In this document: in pieces, positions 1 to 9,985 of the stretch
Position numbering within the stretch: the stretch's first letter is position 1
Layout of the letters: the number at the start of each line of letters is the position of its first letter
From: Candidatus Nanoarchaeia archaeon
GTDB lineage: Archaea > Nanobdellota > Nanobdellia > SCGC-AAA011-G17 > JAFCDX01
NCBI GenBank assembly: GCA_028716945.1
Contig: JAQUOT010000002.1
Location: 194,202 to 258,201 of the forward strand
Reading direction: 5' to 3'
DNA: 64,000 nucleotides
The notes under the pieces: model-generated
Told to the model about the DNA's origin: nothing
The model's input: the letters and a program-made list of their open reading frames with translations, nothing else
The model's database searches: none
Position numbers and translations under genes: made by a program

Positions 1-837
1 CCTCAAAATTCAAATTCATTTGTTGTAGCTCATTTACTTAAATTATTAGGTTTAACATCAAATACAACTTATTATTACGTAGTTAGTTCTTCAGATAAAT
101 GGGGAAATACAAATACTTCTTCACAATACTCATTTATTACTTCTTTAACTTCTTCAAGTACTTCAGTATCTAGTAGCAGAGGAGGAGGCGGTGGAGGTGG
201 TTCAGGTAAACCAACTTGTACTGAAAAAGATTATAATTTTACTAAATGGTCTGAATGTATAGAAGGAGGAAAAGCAACAAGAACTTATACTTTAATTAAT
301 AAAAATTGTATTAAAAATACAAATACTTATGATGTAAACTTATACATAGAAAAAGATTGTTATTATAAATCAAAAAATCCAATACAACAATCAGTACCTG
401 AAACAGGATCAGAAGTTCAAAGTAATGCCCCCATTGAAGATAATAGCCCACTAACAGGATTTTCAGTAATGGATTTAATTCCAAGACAATTGTCAGATAA
501 TTGGAAACATTTAGTTAATTTGATATTATTGTTAGTATTATTGCTTGCTTTATATGTGATATATCAAAAGAAAAAATATCCTAAGATAAAACAAGAAGCA
601 ATTGATAATGTCATAAGAGTTTCAGCTATTACTAAGAATAAAGGAAGTTCTGTTGTAGCTGTTGCACAAGCAGCTAAATTAACTCCTACTAAAAAAGTAG
701 AAGTAAAAAAAGCCCCAACTAAAGATCAATTAAAAAATGATTTTATAGAACAAACTTTAAAGAGAATACAAGAAAGGGAAAAAACAATAAAAGTACAGAA
801 TGAAAAAAGTAGATTTAACAGAGATTTTAGGTTATAA
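1..837 (+). CDS. C-terminal part of a large surface protein (5' end outside window). Has an S/T-rich stretch, a GGGGGG linker, a Cys module (CTEKDYNFTKWSECIEGG), a TM anchor and a basic cytoplasmic tail.
   Basis: Frame 1 is open from nt 1 with no stop until 837. Hydrophobic LVNLILLLVLLLALYVIY segment followed by KKKYPK. Confidence 0.55.
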   Translation, partial: PQNSNSFVVAHLLKLLGLTSNTTYYYVVSSSDKWGNTNTSSQYSFITSLTSSSTSVSSSRGGGGGGGSGKPTCTEKDYNFTKWSECIEGGKATRTYTLINKNCIKNTNTYDVNLYIEKDCYYKSKNPIQQSVPETGSEVQSNAPIEDNSPLTGFSVMDLIPRQLSDNWKHLVNLILLLVLLLALYVIYQKKKYPKIKQEAIDNVIRVSAITKNKGSSVVAVAQAAKLTPTKKVEVKKAPTKDQLKNDFIEQTLKRIQEREKTIKVQNEKSRFNRDFRL

Positions 838-986
838 TTCTTTAAAACACTTTTAAATACCATTAAAGCCATTTTATCCTTATAGATATTTTTATAAATA
901 ATAATTTATTTAAGGTATTGAAGTTGCATCTTAATAGTAGTAAATAAACCAAAAGATTTAAATAATAGATAATTATATATTAAATT

Positions 987-1577
987 ATGGGAAAAGACAA
1001 AGGAACATACGAACTTGCTGAAGAAATAAGAAGAAAAAAAGTAATCCCTGAAAGACATCAACATTTTATTAATCAAGGAATACCTGATGTAGCAGCAATG
1101 ATACTTGCCACAGAAAGAGGAATAGGATATGGGAATTTACCTGATCTAAATAAACTTGCAAAAGACTATCTAGATAAATTTGCAAAAGATTATAAACCCA
1201 ATCCAAGAGAAGGGTTGTCCGAAGGTTTGTTAAAAATAATAGATAATGCGCAAACAAAAGATGGACACAATTTAGGTTATCTTTATATAAATTTACCAGA
1301 AGATATAAATAAACCTGGTTTAAATCAACCTTTTTCATACGGGTTAAGAATCCCAATTCAAGGAGAATTTGATCTTGTAAAGTTTTTAGAAAGTAAAAAA
1401 GCATTAATCGCCGATGGAATTATTATACGATATAGTTTGACAAAAAAAGAAGTAATTGAATTTTTTGGACAGGCAACTTCAAAACAAGAATTTGAAGTTA
1501 TATCAAATAAATTTAGAAGTTTGGCTAATATGCTCTATGAAGAATTAGAAAAAACCGGGCACATCAAACCATTTTAA
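987..1577 (+). CDS. hypothetical protein
   Basis: 196-aa ORF with a TATA-like AT-rich upstream region. No recognisable motif. Confidence 0.45.
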   Translation: MGKDKGTYELAEEIRRKKVIPERHQHFINQGIPDVAAMILATERGIGYGNLPDLNKLAKDYLDKFAKDYKPNPREGLSEGLLKIIDNAQTKDGHNLGYLYINLPEDINKPGLNQPFSYGLRIPIQGEFDLVKFLESKKALIADGIIIRYSLTKKEVIEFFGQATSKQEFEVISNKFRSLANMLYEELEKTGHIKPF

Positions 1578-1696
1578 TAAACTTAATCCTAATAATCTTT
1601 TCGTAATATAATTTTTAATACTCTTTTTATTTCCAGAGAGTTATAATTGATAATAATATAAAAACTTGAAAAATAATAAAGAATTTGCAGAAAAAA

Positions 1697-3025
1697 TCAA
1701 ATTTTAATTTTTTTACCATTATACATCAAATAAAGGTTTTTTCCTTGAGAATAACCACATTCTTTAGCCAATTCTGCAAGAGCATTTAATTTAGCTCCAT
1801 CTCCATGTGCAGGAATAATGTTCTTGGGTTTAACCATAGTAATTAAATCTCTCAAATCCTCTCTTGAACTATGTCCAGAAGAATGAATATCTGTGAATAT
1901 TCTTACTCTTGCTTTTTTTAATTTAGATTCAAGAACTTTTCTATTAGCAATATTAACAGGGTCTGGAATAACTTTACTAGCAAATATTACACTGTCTCCA
2001 TCCTTGAAATTAAATTGTAATTGTTTTTTTACCATTTTATCCAAAGTAGAACCTGGTTCTCCCTGATTTCCAGTACAAATTACAACATATTCATCTCTAT
2101 TTTTTTCAATCTTAGAAAGAACTTTTTTAATATCTCTTTTGTAAGAAACAATTTCTCCTTTTTTAGAAAAATTAACTATACTTACATTTTCTGCTGCTTT
2201 GATATATTTACCCATTGACCTACCAAGAAATACAACTTTTCTTTTTAATTGCTCTGCAAATTCAACAGCACTTGATATTCTTGCTATATGAGAAGCGAAA
2301 GTTGTTACAAAAATAGCATTTTTTTCATTGCTTACTCCAAGCATAACATCTTTTAATAATTCTCTTGCTACTTTTTCACTTGGAGTTTTTCCTTCTCTGT
2401 CTGCATATAAAGATTCAACAATCATTGCAGCAACATTTTGATATCTTAATTCTTTTAATCTTGCATAATTTGGTGCATCTCCAATAATAGGATTATTATC
2501 AAACTTAAAATCATTGCAATAAAGAACAATTCCTTCCTTTGTATGCAAACACATCATTGCACTTTGTGGAGTACTATGCGTAATGTTAATGAATTCAATT
2601 TTTAATGAGTCTGAAATCTTCATAGTTGTATTTAAATTAATGGTTCTTAAATCATTAGGCAAGATAGCATCTTCTTCTGCAATTATTACTTTAAGAACTT
2701 CCATTGTATACGGACTTGCATATATAGGACAATTATATTTTGCTGCTAGATAAGGAACAGCTTCAATATGATCTAAATGTACGTGTCCAAGACAAATAGC
2801 TTTTACTTTTTTAGTCCATCCTAATTGATCTAATACAGTATCGTCTGGTAAAGCCCCTATTTTTCTTAATTTTATTGTAGAAAGATTTAATTTTTCCTCT
2901 TCTTCAAGATTAACAATTGGAGGTAGATAAATACCCATATCAAAGATAACTACTTCATCACCAACTTTAACAGCAGTCATATTTTTTCCAACTTCATTAT
3001 AACCGCCAACAGTACATATTTCCAT
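1697..3025 (-). CDS. rnj: beta-CASP / metallo-beta-lactamase ribonuclease, archaeal RNase J-like
   Basis: 442 aa with the HxHxDH motif (GHVHLDHIEAVPY) and a beta-CASP C-terminal half. Size is typical of aRNase J. Confidence 0.75.
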   Translation of the reverse strand: MEICTVGGYNEVGKNMTAVKVGDEVVIFDMGIYLPPIVNLEEEEKLNLSTIKLRKIGALPDDTVLDQLGWTKKVKAICLGHVHLDHIEAVPYLAAKYNCPIYASPYTMEVLKVIIAEEDAILPNDLRTINLNTTMKISDSLKIEFINITHSTPQSAMMCLHTKEGIVLYCNDFKFDNNPIIGDAPNYARLKELRYQNVAAMIVESLYADREGKTPSEKVARELLKDVMLGVSNEKNAIFVTTFASHIARISSAVEFAEQLKRKVVFLGRSMGKYIKAAENVSIVNFSKKGEIVSYKRDIKKVLSKIEKNRDEYVVICTGNQGEPGSTLDKMVKKQLQFNFKDGDSVIFASKVIPDPVNIANRKVLESKLKKARVRIFTDIHSSGHSSREDLRDLITMVKPKNIIPAHGDGAKLNALAELAKECGYSQGKNLYLMYNGKKIKI

Positions 3026-3051
3026 TATTAATATAAATTTTTATTAGTTTA

Positions 3052-3330
3052 TTAAGGTTTTGATATCTCTAGAACATATTTAGCAGGTTTCTTAGGAATA
3101 TAAACTGTAAAAGGTTTTATCCTTTTGTAATCAACTATTTTTTTGTTTTTATCAAGAAAATAAACGTCAAAACTAAAAAATACAAAGAAACTATGTATGC
3201 CTGAAGCAAATCTCGACTCTTTTTTAGCTACAAGCATTATATTTTTCTTTTTAGAGAACATTAAACCTCTAAAATTCTTAAAAAGAGTATTACAAACTTC
3301 ATATTTTATTTTTTTGAGATTTATTTTCAT
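3052..3330 (-). CDS. DUF192 (COG1430) family protein
   Basis: The FFVFFSFDVYFLDKNKKIV...YVLEI pattern matches DUF192. Its end overlaps the upstream small ORF by 4 nt. Confidence 0.45.
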   Translation of the reverse strand: MKINLKKIKYEVCNTLFKNFRGLMFSKKKNIMLVAKKESRFASGIHSFFVFFSFDVYFLDKNKKIVDYKRIKPFTVYIPKKPAKYVLEISKP

Positions 3331-3515
3331 TTATTTCTTAATAGAATTAATTTTTGTTTTCCATTTGGAGTCTTTAATAACCTTTTATAAAAGTTATTTG
3401 ACATTATTATTTGGGCATCCATAAAATCTTTTACTTTAGCTTTCCATTTATGGGGATTGTTTTTAACAAAATTAGCCCATCTAACTATCTGTTCTTCATG
3501 ACTTGGATCTCTCAT
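3327..3515 (-). CDS. small hypothetical protein (62 aa)
   Basis: Overlaps both neighbours by 4 nt (coupled operon). Confidence 0.3.
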   Translation of the reverse strand: MRDPSHEEQIVRWANFVKNNPHKWKAKVKDFMDAQIIMSNNFYKRLLKTPNGKQKLILLRNK

Positions 3516-4075
3516 TTTAACCTTAACCTCTTTATTTCCTTTTTAATCTTTTCTATTTCTTTTTCATCTAAACTATCCGAATAAATTATTCTCAAATGTT
3601 TAGCATCTTCCAAATCTTTATTTGATTTTAATAATTCTTCTTTAAAAGCAATATTTGTTTCTATACTAGAAAAATATATATCCAAACCAGTTAAAGGTAG
3701 CTTTTTTCTTGTTTTTAATTGATATTCGTCAATAGAATCTTTTGCAAATTTTAATTCTGCTTCTGGAACAAAAGTTCCTTTTTTAATATATCTTACACTC
3801 AAATCCTGAGATAAATAATCATTATAGATTATTAAAGGATCATTTGACTGCATACATTCAAAATTATTATTTTCTAACTCTTTATGTAATAAAATAAATT
3901 TTTCTCTAGGCAACTTTTCTATTATAATATCTATATCTTCTGTTCCTCTTGTTCTGCCATGAGCAATAGCTACAAAACCAGAAACAACAATATATTTACC
4001 ATATTTTTCTAATATTTTAGCAAAATCTTTTATGAACTTATCAAGAATTGTCTTATCACTAATTTCTCTTTTCAT
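3512..4075 (-). CDS. nucleotidyltransferase-fold protein
   Basis: GFVAIAHGRTRGTEDIDIII resembles the GS...[DE]xD nucleotidyltransferase motif. Confidence 0.45.
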   Translation of the reverse strand: MKREISDKTILDKFIKDFAKILEKYGKYIVVSGFVAIAHGRTRGTEDIDIIIEKLPREKFILLHKELENNNFECMQSNDPLIIYNDYLSQDLSVRYIKKGTFVPEAELKFAKDSIDEYQLKTRKKLPLTGLDIYFSSIETNIAFKEELLKSNKDLEDAKHLRIIYSDSLDEKEIEKIKKEIKRLRLK

Positions 4076-4156
4076 TAGTTTATAATGTTTTTAAAATATA
4101 TAAAGTTATTTACTTTTAAATTAATATTTTAATATATATTATTAATTACATATATG

Positions 4157-4165
4157 TATTTAAAT
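4157..4165 (+). promoter_or_regulatory. TATA-like box (TATTTAAAT) centred ~25 nt upstream of the nrdD ATG; probably leaderless
   Basis: Sequence and spacing. The same spacing recurs at other genes in the window. Confidence 0.35.
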
Positions 4166-4185
4166 TTATTTGAATAAAAAAAGGG

Positions 4186-6261
4186 ATGGATTTTGGAAAG
4201 AGGGGTGTAGTTCTAAAAATAAGGAAAAGAGACGGTAGATTAGTTGATTTTAGCAAGGAAAAGATAATTGAAGCCATCTGGAAATCTGTACAAGATGTTG
4301 GTGGAAAAGACAGAAAAGAGGCAGAAAACCTAGGAAATCAGATTGCCGGACTTGCTCTTGAGAAATTTGCTAAAAAAATACCTACTGTTGAAGATATTCA
4401 GGATATAGTTGAAAAAGTTTTGATAGAAAATGGACATGCTAAAGTAGCAAAAAATTATATTCTTTACAGACAGCAAAAATCAAACTTAAGAGAAACAAAA
4501 GAATTCATTGTAGATTCTATTAAATTAGTTGATGATTATATTGGAAAAGAAGACTGGAGAGTATATGAAAATGCAAATGCAACTTATTCTCTTCCTGGAT
4601 TATTAGGATATTCTGCTGGTTCTATAATGTCTTTTTACGGACTACACCATATTTATCCAAGAGAAATAGCACTAGCTCATACTTCTGGTTATATTCACAT
4701 TCATAATTTATCAATGGCATTGAATGGTTATTGTGCAGGTTGGTCTTTAAGAAAATTATTGCATGAAGGTTTTAATGGTATTCCAGGAAAATTAGACTGC
4801 AGGCCTCCAAAACATATGAGAAGTGCTATTGGTCAAATAATAAACTTTACAGGTACTTTGCAAAACGAATGGGCAGGTGCTCAAGCATTTAATAGTGTAG
4901 ATAGTTACCTAGCTCCTTTTGTTAAAGCAGATAGTTTATCTTACAAAGATATTAAACAAAATATTCAAGAATTAGTTTATAATTTAAATATTTCAAGCAG
5001 ATGGGCCGGACAAACACCCTTTTCAAATATAACACTAGATCTAAATGTTCCTAAAGATTTGTCAGAACAGCCTGTTACAATTGGAGGAAAACTAATTGAT
5101 TCAACTTATTCTAACTATCAAAAAGAAATGGATCAAATCAACAAAGCTTTTATTGAAGTTTTAATAGAAGGAGATGCTAAATCAAGAGTATTTACTTTCC
5201 CAATTCCAACCTATAATTTAACAAAAGATTTTGATTGGGATTCTGAAACTGCAAATTCTTTATTTGAAATGACTGCAAAATACGGACTTCCTTATTTTCA
5301 AAATTTCATAAATTCTGATTTAAATCCAGGAGATATTAGAGCAATGTGCTGTAGATTACAATTAAATCTAAAAGAATTACAGAAAAACGTAACAGGTGGA
5401 AGATTTAGTTCTGCTGAATCCACAGGAAGCATTGGTGTAGTAACTATAAACTTGCCAAGATTAGCTTATGAATCAAAAACAGAAGAAGAATTCCTTGAGA
5501 AACTTGAAAGATATATGTTCTTGGCAAAAGAAAGCCTTGAAATAAAAAGAAAACTAGTAGAAAGAAACATTCAAAGAAACTTATTACCTTATACTAAAAG
5601 ATATTTAGGAACATTAAAACATCATTTTGCAACAATTGGTATTATAGGTATGCATGAAGCTTGTTTAAACTTATTCAACAAAGGAATTGATACTCCAAAA
5701 GGCCAAAAATTTGCAATAAAAACCTTAAATTTCATGAGAGAAAGGTTAGTAGAATTCCAAGAAGATACAAAAAATATCTATAATTTAGAAGCAACTCCAG
5801 GAGAAGGAGCCTCTTACAGATTAGCAAAAAAAGACAGACAACAATATCCACAAATTAAAAACAGTGGAACAAAAGAGCCTTATTATACCAATTCTACACA
5901 GCTGCCTGTTGGACATACTTCAGATTTATTTACTGCTATAAAACATCAAGAACCGCTTCAGAAATTATATACAGGAGGAACTGTATTCCATACTTTCTTA
6001 GGAGAATCCATTGACAAAGAAGCCTGTAAAGTTCTTGTTAAAAAAATTGCATCGAACTCAACACTGCCTTATTTTACAATAACTCCTACGTTTTCAATAT
6101 GTGAAGAGCATGGTTATTTGAAAGATGATCAAGCAATTTGTCCTCATTGCAACAAACCAACAGAAGTTTATTCTAGAGTTGTAGGTTATCTAAGACCTGT
6201 AAAAGATTGGAACTTAGGAAAACAAGAAGAATTCAAAGAAAGAAAAGTCTATAAAATATGA
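4186..6261 (+). CDS. nrdD: anaerobic ribonucleoside-triphosphate reductase (class III)
   Basis: 691 aa. C-terminal glycyl-radical motif RVVGYLRP and a CPHC Zn ribbon. NrdG follows with an overlapping stop/start. Confidence 0.88.
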   Translation: MDFGKRGVVLKIRKRDGRLVDFSKEKIIEAIWKSVQDVGGKDRKEAENLGNQIAGLALEKFAKKIPTVEDIQDIVEKVLIENGHAKVAKNYILYRQQKSNLRETKEFIVDSIKLVDDYIGKEDWRVYENANATYSLPGLLGYSAGSIMSFYGLHHIYPREIALAHTSGYIHIHNLSMALNGYCAGWSLRKLLHEGFNGIPGKLDCRPPKHMRSAIGQIINFTGTLQNEWAGAQAFNSVDSYLAPFVKADSLSYKDIKQNIQELVYNLNISSRWAGQTPFSNITLDLNVPKDLSEQPVTIGGKLIDSTYSNYQKEMDQINKAFIEVLIEGDAKSRVFTFPIPTYNLTKDFDWDSETANSLFEMTAKYGLPYFQNFINSDLNPGDIRAMCCRLQLNLKELQKNVTGGRFSSAESTGSIGVVTINLPRLAYESKTEEEFLEKLERYMFLAKESLEIKRKLVERNIQRNLLPYTKRYLGTLKHHFATIGIIGMHEACLNLFNKGIDTPKGQKFAIKTLNFMRERLVEFQEDTKNIYNLEATPGEGASYRLAKKDRQQYPQIKNSGTKEPYYTNSTQLPVGHTSDLFTAIKHQEPLQKLYTGGTVFHTFLGESIDKEACKVLVKKIASNSTLPYFTITPTFSICEEHGYLKDDQAICPHCNKPTEVYSRVVGYLRPVKDWNLGKQEEFKERKVYKI

Positions 6262-6932
6262 GATTAAAATTAACTAACAAACAAAGTTTAAATGATTGGC
6301 CCGGCAAAATAGTTTTTCCTGTGTTGATTGAAGGTTGTAATTTTAAATGTCCTTATTGTTTTTTGCCCGAATTAGTAACTAATTTTACTAAAGAAGAAAT
6401 AAAACAAGAAGAATTATTAAAAAAAATAGCTGAATTAGATAAAACTTGGTATGATGGGATATTAATTAGTGGTGGAGAGCCTACAATACACAAAGAATTA
6501 CCTGAATTTCTTAAAAAAATAAAAGATATTGGATTTAAAATAAGGATATTTACAAATGGTTCTAATCCTAATATGTTAAAGAAGTTAATTGATGAAAAAT
6601 TAGTTGATAGTATTGCAATGGATGTAAAAAATACCAAAGAAAAGTATGAATCTACTACAAATTCTAAAATTAATATAAAAGACCTTGAAGAAAGCATGAA
6701 AATAACTGCTTCTTTAAAAGATTATGAGTTTAGAACTACTATAATAAGAAAATTCCATACTAAAGAAGATGTTGTTAAGATATTCAAATGGATTTCTTCT
6801 GTAATAGACAAAAAACCTAATTATAAAATACAAAATTTCTATGATAGAGCAGAATACATTGATGAAAATATGAAAAGAGAAGAACCTTTTCAAGAAAAAG
6901 AAATAAATGATATTTACAAAGATATTACTTAA
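6258..6932 (+). CDS. nrdG: anaerobic RNR activating enzyme (radical SAM)
   Basis: CNFKCPYC radical-SAM cluster motif. Overlaps nrdD by 4 nt. Confidence 0.85.
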   Translation: MRLKLTNKQSLNDWPGKIVFPVLIEGCNFKCPYCFLPELVTNFTKEEIKQEELLKKIAELDKTWYDGILISGGEPTIHKELPEFLKKIKDIGFKIRIFTNGSNPNMLKKLIDEKLVDSIAMDVKNTKEKYESTTNSKINIKDLEESMKITASLKDYEFRTTIIRKFHTKEDVVKIFKWISSVIDKKPNYKIQNFYDRAEYIDENMKREEPFQEKEINDIYKDIT

Positions 6933-7359
6933 GATTTTTATCTTTTCTAAAATTTAATTTATCCTTTAAAGAAGTTAAATTCATTTTATCTTTGAAATTA
7001 ATATTTTTTAAATCCACAGGTTTCATTTGACTTAATTTATTTATGTATCTTATAACCATAAATATAAAAAATGCTACAATTAAAAAATCTAAAGTAGTAT
7101 TTATAAAATTACCATAAGCAATTATTGGAGCTCCTGCTTCTTTTGCCGCAGCTATTGTTGCATAATGTTTTCCTGATAAATCCGCAAATAAATCTTGGAA
7201 ATTTACTCCGCCAATTAATAATCCAATTGGAGGCATTATAATATCATTAACCAAAGAAGTAACTATCTTTCCAAAAGCTCCACCTATAATAATACCCACA
7301 GCTAAATCAATAACGTTTCCACGCATTGCAAATTCCTTAAATTCTTTACCAATTCCCAT
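6925..7359 (-). CDS. mscL: large-conductance mechanosensitive channel
   Basis: [33 protein letters not shown] is the MscL signature N-terminus. Confidence 0.85.
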   Translation of the reverse strand: MGIGKEFKEFAMRGNVIDLAVGIIIGGAFGKIVTSLVNDIIMPPIGLLIGGVNFQDLFADLSGKHYATIAAAKEAGAPIIAYGNFINTTLDFLIVAFFIFMVIRYINKLSQMKPVDLKNINFKDKMNLTSLKDKLNFRKDKNLK

Positions 7360-7631
7360 TATTTCTCCTTTTTACCCCAGAATAATCGACATAAACAATG
7401 TCCATCTTTTTTTATTTCATTTATATGCCAGAAACAAGGGCATATTTTCTTTGCATCTTCTTTAGTATTTCCTGTTAAAATTCTGCAGGGACAATAAGGA
7501 ACACCATATGTTTCTCTGTTAGCTTCTAATCCTTCTAGAATAATATCCCTTTCTTTTTCATCAGGATTTAAATGAAATCCTTTTATTTTAGCGTATTTTT
7601 CAGCTACTTCTTGCTCTTTTTTAATGTTCAT
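7359..7631 (-). CDS. ferredoxin:thioredoxin reductase catalytic-subunit-like protein (FtrB-like)
   Basis: The CPC...CPC...HCLC arrangement is characteristic of the FTR catalytic subunit. 90 aa, immediately upstream of the thioredoxin gene. Confidence 0.7.
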   Translation of the reverse strand: MNIKKEQEVAEKYAKIKGFHLNPDEKERDIILEGLEANRETYGVPYCPCRILTGNTKEDAKKICPCFWHINEIKKDGHCLCRLFWGKKEK

Positions 7632-7649
7632 GGTATCTTAGTATATGTT

Positions 7650-7982
7650 CTATTTTAAATTCTTATCTATCCACATTTTTATTTCTAATTCTGATTTTAA
7701 ACCTATAAATTCATCTACTATTTTTCCATTTTTAAACATTTTAACACTTGGAATAGCAGAAACATCATATTCTCCTGCTTTTTCTCCTGCTTCGTCTGCA
7801 TTTGCTTTTGCTAAGATAAACTTTCCTTTGTATTCTACTGCTAACTTTTCTAGAATAGGTTTTAACATTCTGCATGGACCACACCATTCTGCCCAAAAAT
7901 CTACAATTACAGGAACTTCTTTGGATTTCTTTATAACTTCTTTTTCAAAATTATCATCATTGACTTCTATTTCAAATTTCAT
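7650..7982 (-). CDS. trx: thioredoxin
   Basis: WCGPC active site. 110 aa. Confidence 0.85.
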   Translation of the reverse strand: MKFEIEVNDDNFEKEVIKKSKEVPVIVDFWAEWCGPCRMLKPILEKLAVEYKGKFILAKANADEAGEKAGEYDVSAIPSVKMFKNGKIVDEFIGLKSELEIKMWIDKNLK

Positions 7983-8548
7983 TTTGATAATACCTCTACG
8001 ATCTTATTTGCAAATTCCTTTGCAGCACTTGGACCATTTGCAGTAATTATTAATCCATCTGCTGTAACTTTATTTCCTGTATATATTGCTTTTCTTGCTG
8101 TTAGTTTTGAAGCTTCACTTGTAAATACAGTTGCTTCTCTTCCTGTTAATAATCCTGCATTTGCTAATATTACCGGAGCAAGGCATATTGCACTTACAAC
8201 TTTTGCTTCTCTATAAAAAGATTTTGCTAGATTAATTGCTTTTGTATCATTGTAATAAACTGTTGCTCCAGGTCCTCCAATAAAAACAACTGCATCGTAA
8301 TTTGTATCTGCATCATTTAACAATAAATCAACTTTTACATCTTTTCCATAAACGCTTGTTGCTCTTTCATTAGAACTAGTTGTAGTTACCTGTATTCCAT
8401 TATCTTCAAATATTTCTTTTGGAATAAAATACTCTTCATCCTTAAAGTTTTTAGGTGCAATAACCATTAACACTTTTTTATTCAAACCCATTTTAGCACA
8501 ACCACCTAACATTAAGCAGATTAATATTAATAAAATTATCCTTTTCAT
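7979..8548 (-). CDS. DJ-1/PfpI family protein with a lipoprotein signal
   Basis: N-terminal LILICLMLGGC lipobox-like signal. DJ-1 fold motif with the nucleophile elbow (AICLAP). Confidence 0.7.
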   Translation of the reverse strand: MKRIILLILICLMLGGCAKMGLNKKVLMVIAPKNFKDEEYFIPKEIFEDNGIQVTTTSSNERATSVYGKDVKVDLLLNDADTNYDAVVFIGGPGATVYYNDTKAINLAKSFYREAKVVSAICLAPVILANAGLLTGREATVFTSEASKLTARKAIYTGNKVTADGLIITANGPSAAKEFANKIVEVLSK

Positions 8549-8710
8549 TCAAATACCTTTTCTATCATAAACCACATTGTTATAATAACTAAGAATATTG
8601 TTAATAATCCTAAACCCCAGGTAAATTTAGTTCCAAATAACCAAACTCCCATTAGTTTATATGCTAAATAAATAAATAATAAATCCCTTATAATGCTTCT
8701 AAACCCCATA
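8549..8710 (-). CDS. small membrane protein (54 aa), not in the ORF track
   Basis: Translates to MGFRSIIRDLLFIYLAYKLMGVWLFGTKFTWGLGLLTIFLVIITMWFMIEKVFE. Its TGA stop directly abuts the ATG of the DJ-1 gene. Confidence 0.3.
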
Positions 8711-8814
8711 ATTTTAATTAGGTTTAAAACTATTTAAAACTATAATAAGTAAAAATATCACTTTAGAGTAATTACCAGAGAAAGGTTTATAAAATCTTTA
8801 AAACTTAAAAATTC

Positions 8815-9606
8815 ATGGCAGAAAACTTAAATTCAACTAAAAAACATGAAGTATTAATGGGTTTAACTACAAATCCAAAGTATGATTGGAAACTAAAAAT
8901 TGGAGAAATTATAAACCACGAAATACGAAGAATTGCTTTATTTCCAACACAATTAGATATTAAAGAACGTGAACAACTATATTATGCTCTTGAATCAATA
9001 CCTATAAAACCAGGAACACCAAAACTTCAAATTCCCCTAGTACATTTAAGACACGATACAAAAGCAGAAGAAATAAAATATTTAATTGAAAATTGGAAAA
9101 CTAAAGTGTTTAATGTGCATGAAGAATTACTCGATTCTAAAGAATTAGATGACTATAGACATATAATTTATGTAGAAAATAGATTTAAAACTCCTGAGCA
9201 ATCTTTTAAAGAAAGCTTGAAAAACTGTGCAGGATTATGTTTAGATGTTACACATTTACATGAAGGTAGAATAAATTTATTTTCTAAATTGAGAGATATG
9301 AATGGGTTATTAGAAGAATGTAAAGAAGATAATATTATAGGATGTTCTCATGTATCTGCAATAGATACAAATAAATGGAATCCAAGGAATTATTTATTTG
9401 GTTTTGAGAGACATAAATTGAGTGATTATACTGAACTAAAATATATACAAAATTATTTAGATTATTTACCTTATTTTATAAGTTTAGAACTAGATAATAA
9501 ACTTGAGCACCAAATACATATAAAATTCTATTTAGAAAATTTGATAGAAGGAAAAGATCTATTAAGCGAGGATCCGATAGATATGAAAAGATTATTAGAA
9601 AAATAA
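8815..9606 (+). CDS. hypothetical protein
   Basis: 263-aa ORF. No confident motif. Confidence 0.45.
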   Translation: MAENLNSTKKHEVLMGLTTNPKYDWKLKIGEIINHEIRRIALFPTQLDIKEREQLYYALESIPIKPGTPKLQIPLVHLRHDTKAEEIKYLIENWKTKVFNVHEELLDSKELDDYRHIIYVENRFKTPEQSFKESLKNCAGLCLDVTHLHEGRINLFSKLRDMNGLLEECKEDNIIGCSHVSAIDTNKWNPRNYLFGFERHKLSDYTELKYIQNYLDYLPYFISLELDNKLEHQIHIKFYLENLIEGKDLLSEDPIDMKRLLEK

Positions 9607-9612
9607 AATTTA

Positions 9613-9942
9613 TTAATAACTTGTTTTTGGTTTCTTAAAAAAAGTAATTTCATATTTTAGTGGGTATACAGAATAGATAACTAATAATCCTTTTTCGTCA
9701 CAACTAGGATTTGAGCAACTTAATCTAAAAGCAGGATATTTAGCCCAATCTCCAAGATTACCTGTGTGATTAAAATGATTTCCACATTTACAAGGTTTTT
9801 CAAGTTCAGGGTTTAATAAAATTTCTAATTTTTTAATCTTTTCTTCGGTTGACATGGATTTTGTTTCTGAATAATCTTTCTCTAAAGGAGGCATAAGCCT
9901 TACTGGAAATTTAACTTTTCCCAAAATCTCGTTTCCTGACAT
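9613..9942 (-). CDS. hypothetical Cys-containing protein
   Basis: 109 aa with CKCGNHFNH and CSNPSC motifs. Confidence 0.4.
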   Translation of the reverse strand: MSGNEILGKVKFPVRLMPPLEKDYSETKSMSTEEKIKKLEILLNPELEKPCKCGNHFNHTGNLGDWAKYPAFRLSCSNPSCDEKGLLVIYSVYPLKYEITFFKKPKTSY

Positions 9943-9985
9943 AAATTATATATAACAAAAAATTATTTAAACCTTTTCATTAGAA

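Noticed and set aside
1069-1404. Antisense ORFs lying inside clear genes (for example 1069-1404, 2021-2218, 6353-6697, 7645-8046, 10038-10301, 15073-15672, 33040-33453)
   Set aside because: Low-complexity translations typical of shadow frames in AT-rich DNA. Each is fully embedded in a confidently identified gene on the other strand.
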